A DNA stretch of 64,000 nt from NCBI GenBank assembly GCA_963712275.1, contig CAVQHD010000001.1, positions 1,600,001 through 1,664,000 of the forward strand, read 5' to 3'. Made by a program: the position numbers and the translations under genes. This document shows, one piece after another, positions 20,190 to 29,560 of this stretch; position 1 is the stretch's first letter, and the number at the start of each line of letters is the position of its first letter. The DNA comes from an uncultured Rhabdochlamydiaceae bacterium. GTDB taxonomy: Bacteria; Chlamydiota; Chlamydiia; Chlamydiales; Rhabdochlamydiaceae. Under the pieces are notes generated by a model. It was not told where the DNA came from, ran no database searches, and saw only the letters and a list, made by a program, of their open reading frames with translations.

Positions 20190-21033
20190 GGTAGAGGCCG
20201 TAGTCGCTTGGCTCGGCATGCCGAGCCAGCTCTTGGAGCTCTGCAAAAGAAATCCACCCTTGCTGAAAGGCGATTTCTTCAAGACACGCCACCTGAATCC
20301 CCTGACGCTCCTGAATGGTTTGAACATAGATGGAAGCCTTTTGAAGGGCGTCATGAGTTCCGGTGTCAAGCCATGCAAATCCTCGTCCTAAAAGGCGAAC
20401 ATCAAGCTGGCCCGCCTGAAGATAGACTGAGTTGAGGTCAGTGATCTCGAGCTCTCCGCGAAGAGAGGGCTTTAACGAGCGAGCAATCTCTGTGACCTCT
20501 GAGTCGTAAAAATAAAGTCCTGTCACAGCAAAGGGAGAGGGTGCCACCTTAGGCTTTTCAATAATGGCCGCGATCTTCTGATTTTCATCAAAGGCAAGGG
20601 TACCGTAACGCTCGGGGTCTTTGACCTCATACCCAAAAACAATGGCTCCTGTTTTGAGCTCCGTGCAAGGGCGGATGACATCTGCGAGCTGATGTCCATA
20701 GAAAATATTATCCCCTAGAATGAGCGCAACAGGCTCCCTATTAATGAACTCTTCACCGATTAAAAAAGCCTCGGCAATTCCTCTAGGCTCAAGTTGCGCT
20801 TCATAGCAAATCGAGAGACCCAAATGAGAACCATCTCCAAAAAGAGCTTGAAAACGAGAGAGGTCTTGCGGCGCGGAAATAATCATGATTTCAGAGATGC
20901 CGGCTTGCATGAGGGTTGCCATCGGATAATAGATCAGAGGCTTATCAAAAACAGGGAGAAGCTGCTTACAGGTGGCTCGCGTGACGGGATAGAGCCTGGT
21001 TCCTTTGCCTCCCGCGAGAATAATCCCTCTCAT
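20113..21033 (-). CDS. rfbA: Glucose-1-phosphate thymidylyltransferase
   Basis: MRGIILAGGKGTRLYP, KQLLPVFDKP, LILGDNIF, RGELEITD and WLDTGT motifs. Start is 21033. Confidence 0.96.
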   Translation of the reverse strand: MRGIILAGGKGTRLYPVTRATCKQLLPVFDKPLIYYPMATLMQAGISEIMIISAPQDLSRFQALFGDGSHLGLSICYEAQLEPRGIAEAFLIGEEFINREPVALILGDNIFYGHQLADVIRPCTELKTGAIVFGYEVKDPERYGTLAFDENQKIAAIIEKPKVAPSPFAVTGLYFYDSEVTEIARSLKPSLRGELEITDLNSVYLQAGQLDVRLLGRGFAWLDTGTHDALQKASIYVQTIQERQGIQVACLEEIAFQQGWISFAELQELARHAEPSDYGLYLKSFPDSARGCNEAQSHRQLHQDCR

Positions 21034-22397
21034 GCAGCTCCAGGAATGAATTTGCATCCATCAGCAATGAGTTGGTCGATATAGGTGATGGGATAATCAG
21101 ACTTTAGAAATCTTTCATCCTCGAGCATATAGAGATGGAAAGGAATCGTTGTGTGAACTCCCTTAATATGAAATTCTCCCAGCGCTCGTTTTCCAATGGC
21201 AATAGCCTCTTCCCGGTTTTTCCCTTTGACGATAAGCTTTGCGACCATCGAATCGTAATTGGGTGGGATATGATAACCTGCATAACAAGCGCTATCGATT
21301 CGAACATGGGGCCCACCTGGAGGAATATAGTGCTCAAGGCAGCCTGGACAAGGGGCAAAATTTTTCGCAGGATCTTCGGCATTGATGCGAAATTGCATGA
21401 CATGCCCTTTCATCACGACGTCTTTTTGACGAAAGCTGAGTTTTTCACCACGGGCAATTTTTATTTGTTCAGCAACAAGGTCAATACCGGTCAGCTCTTC
21501 GGTAATCGTATGCTCGACCTGAATGCGCGTATTCACTTCCATGAAGTAAAAGTTTTTATCCTGATCGAGCAAAAATTCGACGGTGCCAACAGAATAATAT
21601 CCGGCAGCTTTCACGATAGAGACGGCCGCTTCGCAAATTTTCCGGCGAAGCGTATTTGAGAGGATAGGGCTGGGGGCTTCTTCGATCAGTTTTTGCCTTC
21701 TTCGCTGAATTGTGCAATCTCTTTCGAAGAGATAGGCATAATTGCCATGTTTATCCCCAATTACTTGAATCTCAACATGACGAGGGTTAACGATCATTTT
21801 TTCGAGATAGACGTCGGGATTATTAAAGCTTGTCTCTGCTTCTGTTCGTGCAGCTGCAAACTGTCTGATAAACTCATCCGAATCGTAAGCGATTCGGATT
21901 CCTTTTCCTCCCCCACCTCCAACAGCTTTGATAAAAATGGGAAAGCCCAGTTTTTGCGCTTCTTTAAGGCCGACTTTCACGTCGGCAACAACCCCGTCAG
22001 AGCCTGGGATGACAGGACATTTAACACCCTTGGCAACTGCTTTGGCTTTGGCTTTATCTCCTAAAAGGGAGATGGATGTATGGGAAGGACCAATGAAGTT
22101 GACGCCACAACTCTCGCAGATGGAGGCAAAGTTGCCATTTTCAGATAGAAAGCCGTATCCAGGATGAATCGCATCAGCTCCTGTAATTTCGCAAGCAGAG
22201 AGGATATTAGAGGCTTTTAAATACGATTTTTGCGCAGGAGCTTCTCCAATACAAATCGCTTCATCGGCAAGAAGCACGTGGAGCGCTTCACTATCGGCCT
22301 GCGAGTAGACTGCAACAGTTTGAATTCCGAGGTCATGACATGCTCGAATCACTCGAATGGCAATTTCTCCCCGATTAGCAATGAGAATTTTTTTCAT
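21030..22397 (-). CDS. accC: Acetyl-CoA carboxylase, biotin carboxylase subunit
   Basis: KILIANRGEIA, HPGYGFLSEN and EVNTRIQVEH motifs. Confidence 0.98.
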   Translation of the reverse strand: MKKILIANRGEIAIRVIRACHDLGIQTVAVYSQADSEALHVLLADEAICIGEAPAQKSYLKASNILSACEITGADAIHPGYGFLSENGNFASICESCGVNFIGPSHTSISLLGDKAKAKAVAKGVKCPVIPGSDGVVADVKVGLKEAQKLGFPIFIKAVGGGGGKGIRIAYDSDEFIRQFAAARTEAETSFNNPDVYLEKMIVNPRHVEIQVIGDKHGNYAYLFERDCTIQRRRQKLIEEAPSPILSNTLRRKICEAAVSIVKAAGYYSVGTVEFLLDQDKNFYFMEVNTRIQVEHTITEELTGIDLVAEQIKIARGEKLSFRQKDVVMKGHVMQFRINAEDPAKNFAPCPGCLEHYIPPGGPHVRIDSACYAGYHIPPNYDSMVAKLIVKGKNREEAIAIGKRALGEFHIKGVHTTIPFHLYMLEDERFLKSDYPITYIDQLIADGCKFIPGAA

Positions 22398-22876
22398 ATA
22401 ATCCGAAAGAGTTTTGCTCCAAATTCAACGGGATGCCCGTTCTCCACAAAAATTTCAGCAATGGTTCCGCTCATTCCAGCTTTCACCTCATTCATCACTT
22501 TCATCGCTTCAATAATACAGACAACGGCGTTTTCATCAATGCGATCTCCAACTTTGACAAAAGGAGAGTCTTCAGGAGAAGCCGCACGGTAAGCCGTTCC
22601 TACAAGGGGGGCTGTGATAAACTTCCCTTCAGCTTGTTTGTCTTCAATTTTATCCCCAGTGACATGCTCTTTGTGAAAGGGGGGACTGTGAATGGGAAAC
22701 TTAGGATGCATTTCAGGATGGGGCGCATGAACAAGAGTGACAGCAGGAGGATGGGTCGGAGTCTCATCCTGCCGTTCAAGCTCAATTTCATACTTATCCT
22801 TGTCTTTGATCCGAATTCTCTTAAGGCCTGCTTTTTCCATCGCAGCCATTAACTCTTTAATTTGCTTGAGATCCAC
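22394..22876 (-). CDS. accB: Biotin carboxyl carrier protein
   Basis: EAMKVMN biotinylation motif. Confidence 0.97.
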   Translation of the reverse strand: MDLKQIKELMAAMEKAGLKRIRIKDKDKYEIELERQDETPTHPPAVTLVHAPHPEMHPKFPIHSPPFHKEHVTGDKIEDKQAEGKFITAPLVGTAYRAASPEDSPFVKVGDRIDENAVVCIIEAMKVMNEVKAGMSGTIAEIFVENGHPVEFGAKLFRII

Positions 22877-22888
22877 AAAAACTCCCTT

Positions 22889-23446
22889 TTAAACTCTTCG
22901 AATCCATGTACCTGATTGAGTGTCTACGATGCCTACGTCTCCGGTCTCTATAAAGAGGGGAACATCAATTTTTGCACCTGTTTCAAGAAGGGCGGGCTTG
23001 GAATGATTGGACATTGGTGCCCCTTGCTGCGCAGGTTCGGTCTTGACGACGAGAAGCTCCAAAAATTGAGGGAGTTCAACAGAAAAAATAGCCTCCCCAT
23101 AGCACATCGCTTTAATATCAACTCCTTCCTTAAGAAAATGGACTTTATCTCCAATTACAGCAGCAGGAACTAAAATCTGCTCGAGGTTTCCGACATCTAA
23201 AAAAAGGTAGTCCTTTCCTTCAAGGTACAGATACTCGAGCTTCCGCTCAGTCAGAGCCACCTCATGAATCGGCTGCCCAATTTTAAAGTTCTTCTCAGCT
23301 GTCTCATCCGTGATCAGGTCTTTAAGTTTTGCCTTAATGAAAGGGGTCCCTTTCGCAACAGTGACTTTAACGCACGATTCAACCCGATAGATCTTTCCAT
23401 CGAGCGAAATTGACATGCCAGGGGTTAATTGTTGGGTATTTGTCAT
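22889..23446 (-). CDS. efp: Elongation factor P paralog (chlamydial accB-linked type)
   Basis: LEYLY and KPALLETGAKIDVPLFIETGD motifs. The loop reads VAKG instead of PGKG. Confidence 0.9.
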   Translation of the reverse strand: MTNTQQLTPGMSISLDGKIYRVESCVKVTVAKGTPFIKAKLKDLITDETAEKNFKIGQPIHEVALTERKLEYLYLEGKDYLFLDVGNLEQILVPAAVIGDKVHFLKEGVDIKAMCYGEAIFSVELPQFLELLVVKTEPAQQGAPMSNHSKPALLETGAKIDVPLFIETGDVGIVDTQSGTWIRRV

Positions 23447-24108
23447 AAATTTTCTATAATCTCTCTAATTTGACTTAAGCGTCGAATTTGATAATCGACA
23501 GCTGAAGAAGGATAGGATGAAGAAAGGCCTCGTCCCCACTGCATTTGGATTGTGCGGCAACCAAGCTGCTTGGCAGGTACAAGGTCTCGCCGGCTTCTGT
23601 CTCCACATACAATTGTTTCCACTGGGGATTTGCTCAACTCATCTAAAATTTTTTGGTAAAATACTTTTTTGTCTTCTTTTTCAGAGATTACGATTTTACT
23701 AAAAATTGTTGAATCTAAGCCAGCATTTTTCATTTTGAGAAGTTGTTTTGCTGGGTTTCCAATCGAAGCCAGGGCTAATTGATGATCTTCTCGAAGCTCT
23801 TCTAAAACCTGTGCAGCATGTTCAAGGGGAAATACGACTAAATCATCTGGAAGCGCTCCGTAAACCACTTCTAATCCAATTGAAAGCAAAGGGGGATCTC
23901 CATCGACAAGCTCTAAAAATTCTTTTAATGTTTGCGAGGCACTTTCAGAACAAACATCCATTCTTTTTAAGGTTGCAGCCGCTTCCTCAAAGTTCCCGAC
24001 TTGAAGACCTGCTTCGACCATTTTGTACAAGGCCTTTTCAAGCTGAATCGGAGTGATCGAGCCGGTGGTATCAATCAGAGTGTCGTCTAAGTCAAAGATG
24101 ATCAACAA
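23443..24108 (-). CDS. HAD-superfamily hydrolase
   Basis: IIFDLDDTL motif I and VCGDRSRRD motif IV. Confidence 0.9.
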   Translation of the reverse strand: MLIIFDLDDTLIDTTGSITPIQLEKALYKMVEAGLQVGNFEEAAATLKRMDVCSESASQTLKEFLELVDGDPPLLSIGLEVVYGALPDDLVVFPLEHAAQVLEELREDHQLALASIGNPAKQLLKMKNAGLDSTIFSKIVISEKEDKKVFYQKILDELSKSPVETIVCGDRSRRDLVPAKQLGCRTIQMQWGRGLSSSYPSSAVDYQIRRLSQIREIIENL

Positions 24109-25054
24109 TTTTCATCAACTCACTTGCTAATTTTTTACAATCATGCCGGATCAAGCTGCGCTTCAAAAAGTCTTTTTTAGCCCCTTGCCTCATCTCTCCT
24201 AAGAGCGGCGCCTCCCGAATACGTTCATCAGGAAGGTCGTTTTGAATCAGATCTCCTTCTTCGGCATATAGGGTGATCAACTCTTGAGCAGGTTTTTGGT
24301 TATTGACAAGGATATAATCAAACACATCTTCCCCGATGAATCTCTCAAGTTCTTTTAAGTAATCGCTCACTTTAAAATGAGAAGTTTGCCCTTTCCGGTT
24401 CATCAGATTAACGATAAAAATTTTTTTCGCGTCGCTTTGAAGAAGGGCTTCGCTCACCCCTTCGACGAGAAAGTTAGGAATAAGAGAGGTATGAAGCCCT
24501 CCTGGGCCGACAATGATGACATCGGCATTCATAATTTCACTAATCGCATGAGGGTTGGCTTTTGGGTATGGCTCTAGATAAATGCTGCTATATCCATCTT
24601 CGATTTCATCGGAAAGATAGATCTCTCTTTCCCCTTCTAAAACCTTACAACTCTTTAAGATCATTTTAAGCCGTACCTGGTGCGTTGTCACCGGAATTAC
24701 TTTCCCTTTAATATAGAGGATTTTTCCGACTTCTTCGACGGCTTTTTCAAAGCTTCCTGTCACTTTTTCAAGAGCGGAAAGAAGAAGATTTCCAAAACTA
24801 TGTCCAACAAGCCCCCCCTGCTCAAACCGGTAGTTCATTAAACTGCGCATAAGTCTTGACGAATCTGAAAGAGCAACCAAACACTGCCTCACATCTCCGG
24901 GAGGAAGCACTCCAAGTTCGTCTCGTAAAATCCCCGTGCTTCCTCCATCATCTGCCATCGACACAATAGCGCTAATATCGACATCATAATTACGAAGCCC
25001 TTTGAGCACTGTAAAGTTACCAGTCCCGCCTCCGATGGTGACAATTTTTTTCAT
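24092..25054 (-). CDS. YvcK/GlmR (CofD-like) UDP-GlcNAc-binding protein
   Basis: IGGGTG, ADDGGSTG, PPGDVR, GHSFGNL and IRHD motifs. Confidence 0.93.
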   Translation of the reverse strand: MKKIVTIGGGTGNFTVLKGLRNYDVDISAIVSMADDGGSTGILRDELGVLPPGDVRQCLVALSDSSRLMRSLMNYRFEQGGLVGHSFGNLLLSALEKVTGSFEKAVEEVGKILYIKGKVIPVTTHQVRLKMILKSCKVLEGEREIYLSDEIEDGYSSIYLEPYPKANPHAISEIMNADVIIVGPGGLHTSLIPNFLVEGVSEALLQSDAKKIFIVNLMNRKGQTSHFKVSDYLKELERFIGEDVFDYILVNNQKPAQELITLYAEEGDLIQNDLPDERIREAPLLGEMRQGAKKDFLKRSLIRHDCKKLASELMKIVDHL

Positions 25055-25728
25055 GAACCCGTCCGTAATTGCTCGATCGCTTTATCCATCTCCGGAGCCC
25101 CATAGAGATAACTGCCTGCCACAAGCACATTGGCTCCTGCTTCAATACACTGCCCTGCTGTTTCTAGGTTAATTCCCCCATCTACTTGGATATCTAAATC
25201 CACCTTCATCTGTTTTGCCATTGCCAGCGTATATTCAATCTTATCTAGAACTCTCGGCATAAATTTTTGTCCACTAAAACCAGGGTTAACACTCATCATA
25301 AGGACCAGATCTGTTTGAGGCAGAAATCTCAGCACCATTTCTTGCGATGTATCAGGGCAAAATGCAAGACCCGACTTAACTCCGCATTTGCGGATATAAT
25401 CCAACGTCTCACTGACGTCTTCGGTTGCTTCAAAATGGATGGTGATCCGATCAGCGCCCGCTTTGATAAACCGCTCGATAAATTCAAATGGGTTGTAAAT
25501 CATTAAGTGAACATCTAGGAATAGAGACGTTGCACGATTGATAGCTGCGACAGCCATGGGCCCTAAGGTAAGATTGGGAACAAAGTGCCCATCCATGACA
25601 TCGATGTGCAGCCCATCAGCCCCTGCTTTTTCCGCCCGCTTAGCCTCATCTGCCAAATGACCAAAATCACCGGATAGAATTGAAGGAAAAACTTGGGTCT
25701 TCTTTTTTACATCGCCCTTTTTTGTCAT
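25051..25728 (-). CDS. rpe: Ribulose-phosphate 3-epimerase
   Basis: HIDVMDGHFVPN, DVHLM, MSVNPGFSGQ and VDGGI motifs. Confidence 0.97.
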   Translation of the reverse strand: MTKKGDVKKKTQVFPSILSGDFGHLADEAKRAEKAGADGLHIDVMDGHFVPNLTLGPMAVAAINRATSLFLDVHLMIYNPFEFIERFIKAGADRITIHFEATEDVSETLDYIRKCGVKSGLAFCPDTSQEMVLRFLPQTDLVLMMSVNPGFSGQKFMPRVLDKIEYTLAMAKQMKVDLDIQVDGGINLETAGQCIEAGANVLVAGSYLYGAPEMDKAIEQLRTGS

Positions 25729-25946
25729 CTCTCTCCAATCTTAATTTGTTTCCCAAGATCCCGTCAATGAAAGAAGAGTCAGGCGGTAGGACATAGAAAA
25801 ATATAATAAATATTTTAAATAAGAGGGAGTTGTAAAACCTCCAAGTGATTCAAAATAAACAATTTATAAAGCGTATAATAATTATTTAATTAAAGTAAAC
25901 AATTTGTTATAATTATATTAATGTAAATAAAATAATAAGTAATTAT

Positions 25947-27596
25947 ATGACAAATTTAACAAGTTTAATAAATTTTACACGTCTATTATGGATAGATAAA
26001 GTTGCAATACGTGAACAATTCTGTCTATGTGAATATGTTTCCCCAAAAGAAAGAGAATTTACCCTACCCCCTCAAGCAGCGGCAAATCCTCCAGGACCTA
26101 ATTATTTTGAGTTGTTGCCTGCTGAAACAGTTCTAGACATTCTAAATTTTGCAGGCGTCCCCGCCCAAACGTCTCCAGTCTGTAGACACTTCTGCCAATT
26201 GAGCGATGACCGTACGATGCTTTATTCAGTTGCCAATCTTTTCCCTAACCAACCCAGGAATCTTCTTCCAGCCCAATTTCAGAATAAATTATATCAAACT
26301 CTTAATCAGGAACTTAAAAATTTGGGACTCGATTCTTCGATCCTAAGCGACCTTTCAACCTATGCCTATGTCGATCGAGTCATCAAAGCGAGAAATTTTT
26401 GCCTATTCTGCTCAAGATTACCCGGAATGGCAGTCGATCTCTCTTCTTCTCCCGCCACAATCCTTGCAGAGGCTTCTCGTCTCCAGCCTTTACTTCAAAA
26501 TGAGTTGAATAACCCTCTTTCCGCTATTTCATTGATGCAGTCCTTAGATTTGAGTCAGCTCAATCTCACAAGACTCCCCTCAGAAATTGGCAGTTTGCAG
26601 GCTTTGACGATCCTTAATCTAAATGACAACTTCTTGGCTACACTTCCTCCAGAAATTGGCAATCTACGAACTTTGCAGTGTCTTGAGCTGAATCACAACT
26701 CCCTCACTAAACTTCCTCCACAAATTGGCAATCTACAGACTTTGCAGTCCCTTTATCTAGATCACAATTCCCTCACTGCACTTCCTCCAGAAATTGGCGG
26801 TTTGCTGGCTTTGGAATCCCTTAAGCTGAATTACAACTCCCTCACTGCACTTCCTCCAGAAATTGGCGGTTTGCTGGCTTTGCAGCGCCTTGAGCTGAAT
26901 CACAATTCCCTCATTGCGCTTCCTCCAGAAATTGGCACTTTGCTGGCTTTGACGTACCTTGAGCTGAATCACAATTCTCTCACTATACTTCCTCCAGAAA
27001 TTGGTGGTTTGCTAGCTTTGTGTATCCTTGAGCTGAATCACAATTCTCTCATTATACTTCCTCCAGAAATTGGTGGTTTGCAGAATTTGCGATCCCTTGC
27101 GCTGAATCACAATTCCCTCACTATACTTCCTCCAGAAATTGGTGGTTTGCAGAATTTGCGATCCCTTGCGCTGAATCACAATTCCCTTACTATACTTCCT
27201 CCAGAAATCGGTGGTTTGCTAGCTTTGTGTATCCTTGAGCTGAATCACAATTCCCTTACTACACTTCCTCCAGAAATTGGCACTTTGCGGGATTTGCGGT
27301 TCCTTGAGCTGAGTTACAATTCCATCTCTGCACTTCCTCCAGAAATTGGTAATTTGAAGGCTTTGGAGCACCTTATGCTACATCATAATTCCCTTACTGC
27401 ACTTCCTCCAGAAATTACCAAACTTCGAAATCTAGTGAAAATTGATCTCAGTCATAACCTCTTAACATCCATTCCACCCCAATTTTTTAATGTACGCCTC
27501 GCCACCGCTTCACGCTTCCGCCATAACCCCTTGGGATTAGGGACAACTCTTTTCATCGAAACTCTTGTTGGGACACGATTTGCTAAATTCTTTTAA
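25947..27596 (+). CDS. F-box-like + leucine-rich repeat protein (14 LRRs of 23 aa)
   Basis: F-box-like LLPAETVLDILNF...VCRHF and repeats LxxLxxLxLxxNSLTxLPPEIGx (69-bp units). Confidence 0.9.
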   Translation: MTNLTSLINFTRLLWIDKVAIREQFCLCEYVSPKEREFTLPPQAAANPPGPNYFELLPAETVLDILNFAGVPAQTSPVCRHFCQLSDDRTMLYSVANLFPNQPRNLLPAQFQNKLYQTLNQELKNLGLDSSILSDLSTYAYVDRVIKARNFCLFCSRLPGMAVDLSSSPATILAEASRLQPLLQNELNNPLSAISLMQSLDLSQLNLTRLPSEIGSLQALTILNLNDNFLATLPPEIGNLRTLQCLELNHNSLTKLPPQIGNLQTLQSLYLDHNSLTALPPEIGGLLALESLKLNYNSLTALPPEIGGLLALQRLELNHNSLIALPPEIGTLLALTYLELNHNSLTILPPEIGGLLALCILELNHNSLIILPPEIGGLQNLRSLALNHNSLTILPPEIGGLQNLRSLALNHNSLTILPPEIGGLLALCILELNHNSLTTLPPEIGTLRDLRFLELSYNSISALPPEIGNLKALEHLMLHHNSLTALPPEITKLRNLVKIDLSHNLLTSIPPQFFNVRLATASRFRHNPLGLGTTLFIETLVGTRFAKFF

Positions 27597-27619
27597 TAAA
27601 AAAAATAATAGGTAATTAT

Positions 27620-29560
27620 ATGACAAATTTAACAAGTTTAATAAGTTTTACACGTCTATCATGGAATGATAAAGTCGCAACATTTGAACAACGCTGTCGA
27701 GGTGAATACGTTCCCCTAAAAGAAAGAGAATTTACTCTACCTCCTCAAGTGGCGGCGACTCCTCAGGGACCCAATTATTTTGAGTTGTTGCCTGCTGAAA
27801 CAGTTCTAGACATTCTAAATTTTGCAGGCGTCCCCGCCCAAACATCTAAAGTCTCTAGGCACTTCTGCCAATTGAGCGATGATCGTACGATGCTTTGTTC
27901 AATTGTCAATCTTCTCCCTGTCAATCTTCTCCCCAATCAACCTAGGAACCTTCTTCCAGCCCAGCTTCAGAATAAAATTTATCAATCTCTTAATCAGGAA
28001 CTTAAAAATTTGGGACTCGATTCTTCGATCCTAAGCGACCCTTCAACCTATGCCTATGTCGATCGAGTCATCAAAGCGAGAAATTTTTGCCTATTCTGCT
28101 CAAGATTACCCGGAATGGCAGTCGATCTCTCTTCTTCTCCTGCTACAATCCTTGCAGAGGCTTCTCGTCTCCAGCCTTTACTTCAAAATGAGTTGAATAA
28201 CCCTCTTTCCGCTATTTCATTGATGCAGTCCTTAGATTTGAATCAGCTCAATCTCACAAGACTCCCCTCAGAAATTGGCAGTTTGCAGGCTTTGCTGATC
28301 CTTACAGTGCATAACAATTCCCTCACTGCGCTTCCTCCAGAAATTGGCAATTTGCGGGCTTTGACGCACCTTGGTGTGGATAACAATTCCCTCACTGCGC
28401 TTCCTCCAGAAATTGGCAATTTGCGGGCTTTGACGCACCTTGGTGTGGATAACAACTCCCTCACTGCACTTCCTCCAGAAATTGGCAATCTACGAACTTT
28501 GCAGCAACTTTCTCTAAACCACAACTCCCTCACTATACTTCCTCCAGAAATTCGCAATTTGCAAGTTTTGCGGGACCTTTACCTGAATTACAACTCCTTG
28601 ACTGCACTTCCTCCAGAAATTGGCAATCTACGAACTTTGCAGCAACTTTCTCTAAACCATAACTCCCTCACTGCACTTCCTCCAGAAATTCGCAATTTGC
28701 AAGTTTTGCGGGACCTTTATCTGGATTACAACTCCCTAACTGCACTTCCTCCAGAAATTGGCGGTTTGCTGGCTTTGCAGCGCCTTGAGCTGAATCACAA
28801 TTCCCTCACTGCACTTCCTCCAGAAATTGGCAATCTACGGACTTTGCAGTCCCTTCACCTGGATCACAATTCCCTCATTGCGCTTCCTCCAGAAATTGGC
28901 AATTTACGGGCTTTGACGTACCTTGAGCTGAATCACAATTCCCTCACTGCACTTCCTTCAGAAATTGGCAATCTACGGTCTTTGCACTTCCTTCACCTGG
29001 ATCACAATTCCCTCATTGCACTTCCTCCAGAAATTGGCAATTTACGGGCTTTGACGTACCTTGAGCTGAATCACAATTCCCTCACTGCACTTCCTTCAGA
29101 AATTGGCAATCTACGGACTTTGCAGCTCCTTTATCTGAATCACAATTCCCTCACTGCACTTCCTCCAGAAATTGGCAATCTACGGACTTTGCAGTCCCTT
29201 CACCTGGATCACAATTCCCTCATTGCGCTTCCTCCAGAAATTGGCAATCTACGGACTTTGCAGTCCCTTTACCTGAATCACAACTCCCTAACTGCACTTC
29301 CTCCAGAAATTGGCGGTTTGCTGGCTTTACAGTGCCTTGAACTGAATCACAATTCTCTCACTGCACTTCCTCCAGAAATTACCAAACTCAAAAACCTGGA
29401 GAAGATTGCTCTCAGCAATAACCTCTTAACATTCATTCCACCCCAACTTTTTAATGTACGCCTCGCCACCGCTTCATGCTTCCGCCATAACCCCTTGGGA
29501 TTAGGGACAACTTTTTTCATCAAAACTCTTGTTGGGACACGATTTGCTAGATTCTTTTAA
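27620..29560 (+). CDS. F-box-like + leucine-rich repeat protein (18 LRRs), tandem paralog
   Basis: Near-identical N- and C-termini to 25947..27596, with 4 extra 23-aa repeats and a 15-nt duplication (VNLLP twice). Confidence 0.9.
   Translation: MTNLTSLISFTRLSWNDKVATFEQRCRGEYVPLKEREFTLPPQVAATPQGPNYFELLPAETVLDILNFAGVPAQTSKVSRHFCQLSDDRTMLCSIVNLLPVNLLPNQPRNLLPAQLQNKIYQSLNQELKNLGLDSSILSDPSTYAYVDRVIKARNFCLFCSRLPGMAVDLSSSPATILAEASRLQPLLQNELNNPLSAISLMQSLDLNQLNLTRLPSEIGSLQALLILTVHNNSLTALPPEIGNLRALTHLGVDNNSLTALPPEIGNLRALTHLGVDNNSLTALPPEIGNLRTLQQLSLNHNSLTILPPEIRNLQVLRDLYLNYNSLTALPPEIGNLRTLQQLSLNHNSLTALPPEIRNLQVLRDLYLDYNSLTALPPEIGGLLALQRLELNHNSLTALPPEIGNLRTLQSLHLDHNSLIALPPEIGNLRALTYLELNHNSLTALPSEIGNLRSLHFLHLDHNSLIALPPEIGNLRALTYLELNHNSLTALPSEIGNLRTLQLLYLNHNSLTALPPEIGNLRTLQSLHLDHNSLIALPPEIGNLRTLQSLYLNHNSLTALPPEIGGLLALQCLELNHNSLTALPPEITKLKNLEKIALSNNLLTFIPPQLFNVRLATASCFRHNPLGLGTTFFIKTLVGTRFARFF

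Noticed and set aside
26570..29400. Regular 69-bp repeats as a CRISPR array or DGR
   Set aside because: They are in-frame LRR codons. There are no unique spacers, cas genes or reverse transcriptase.
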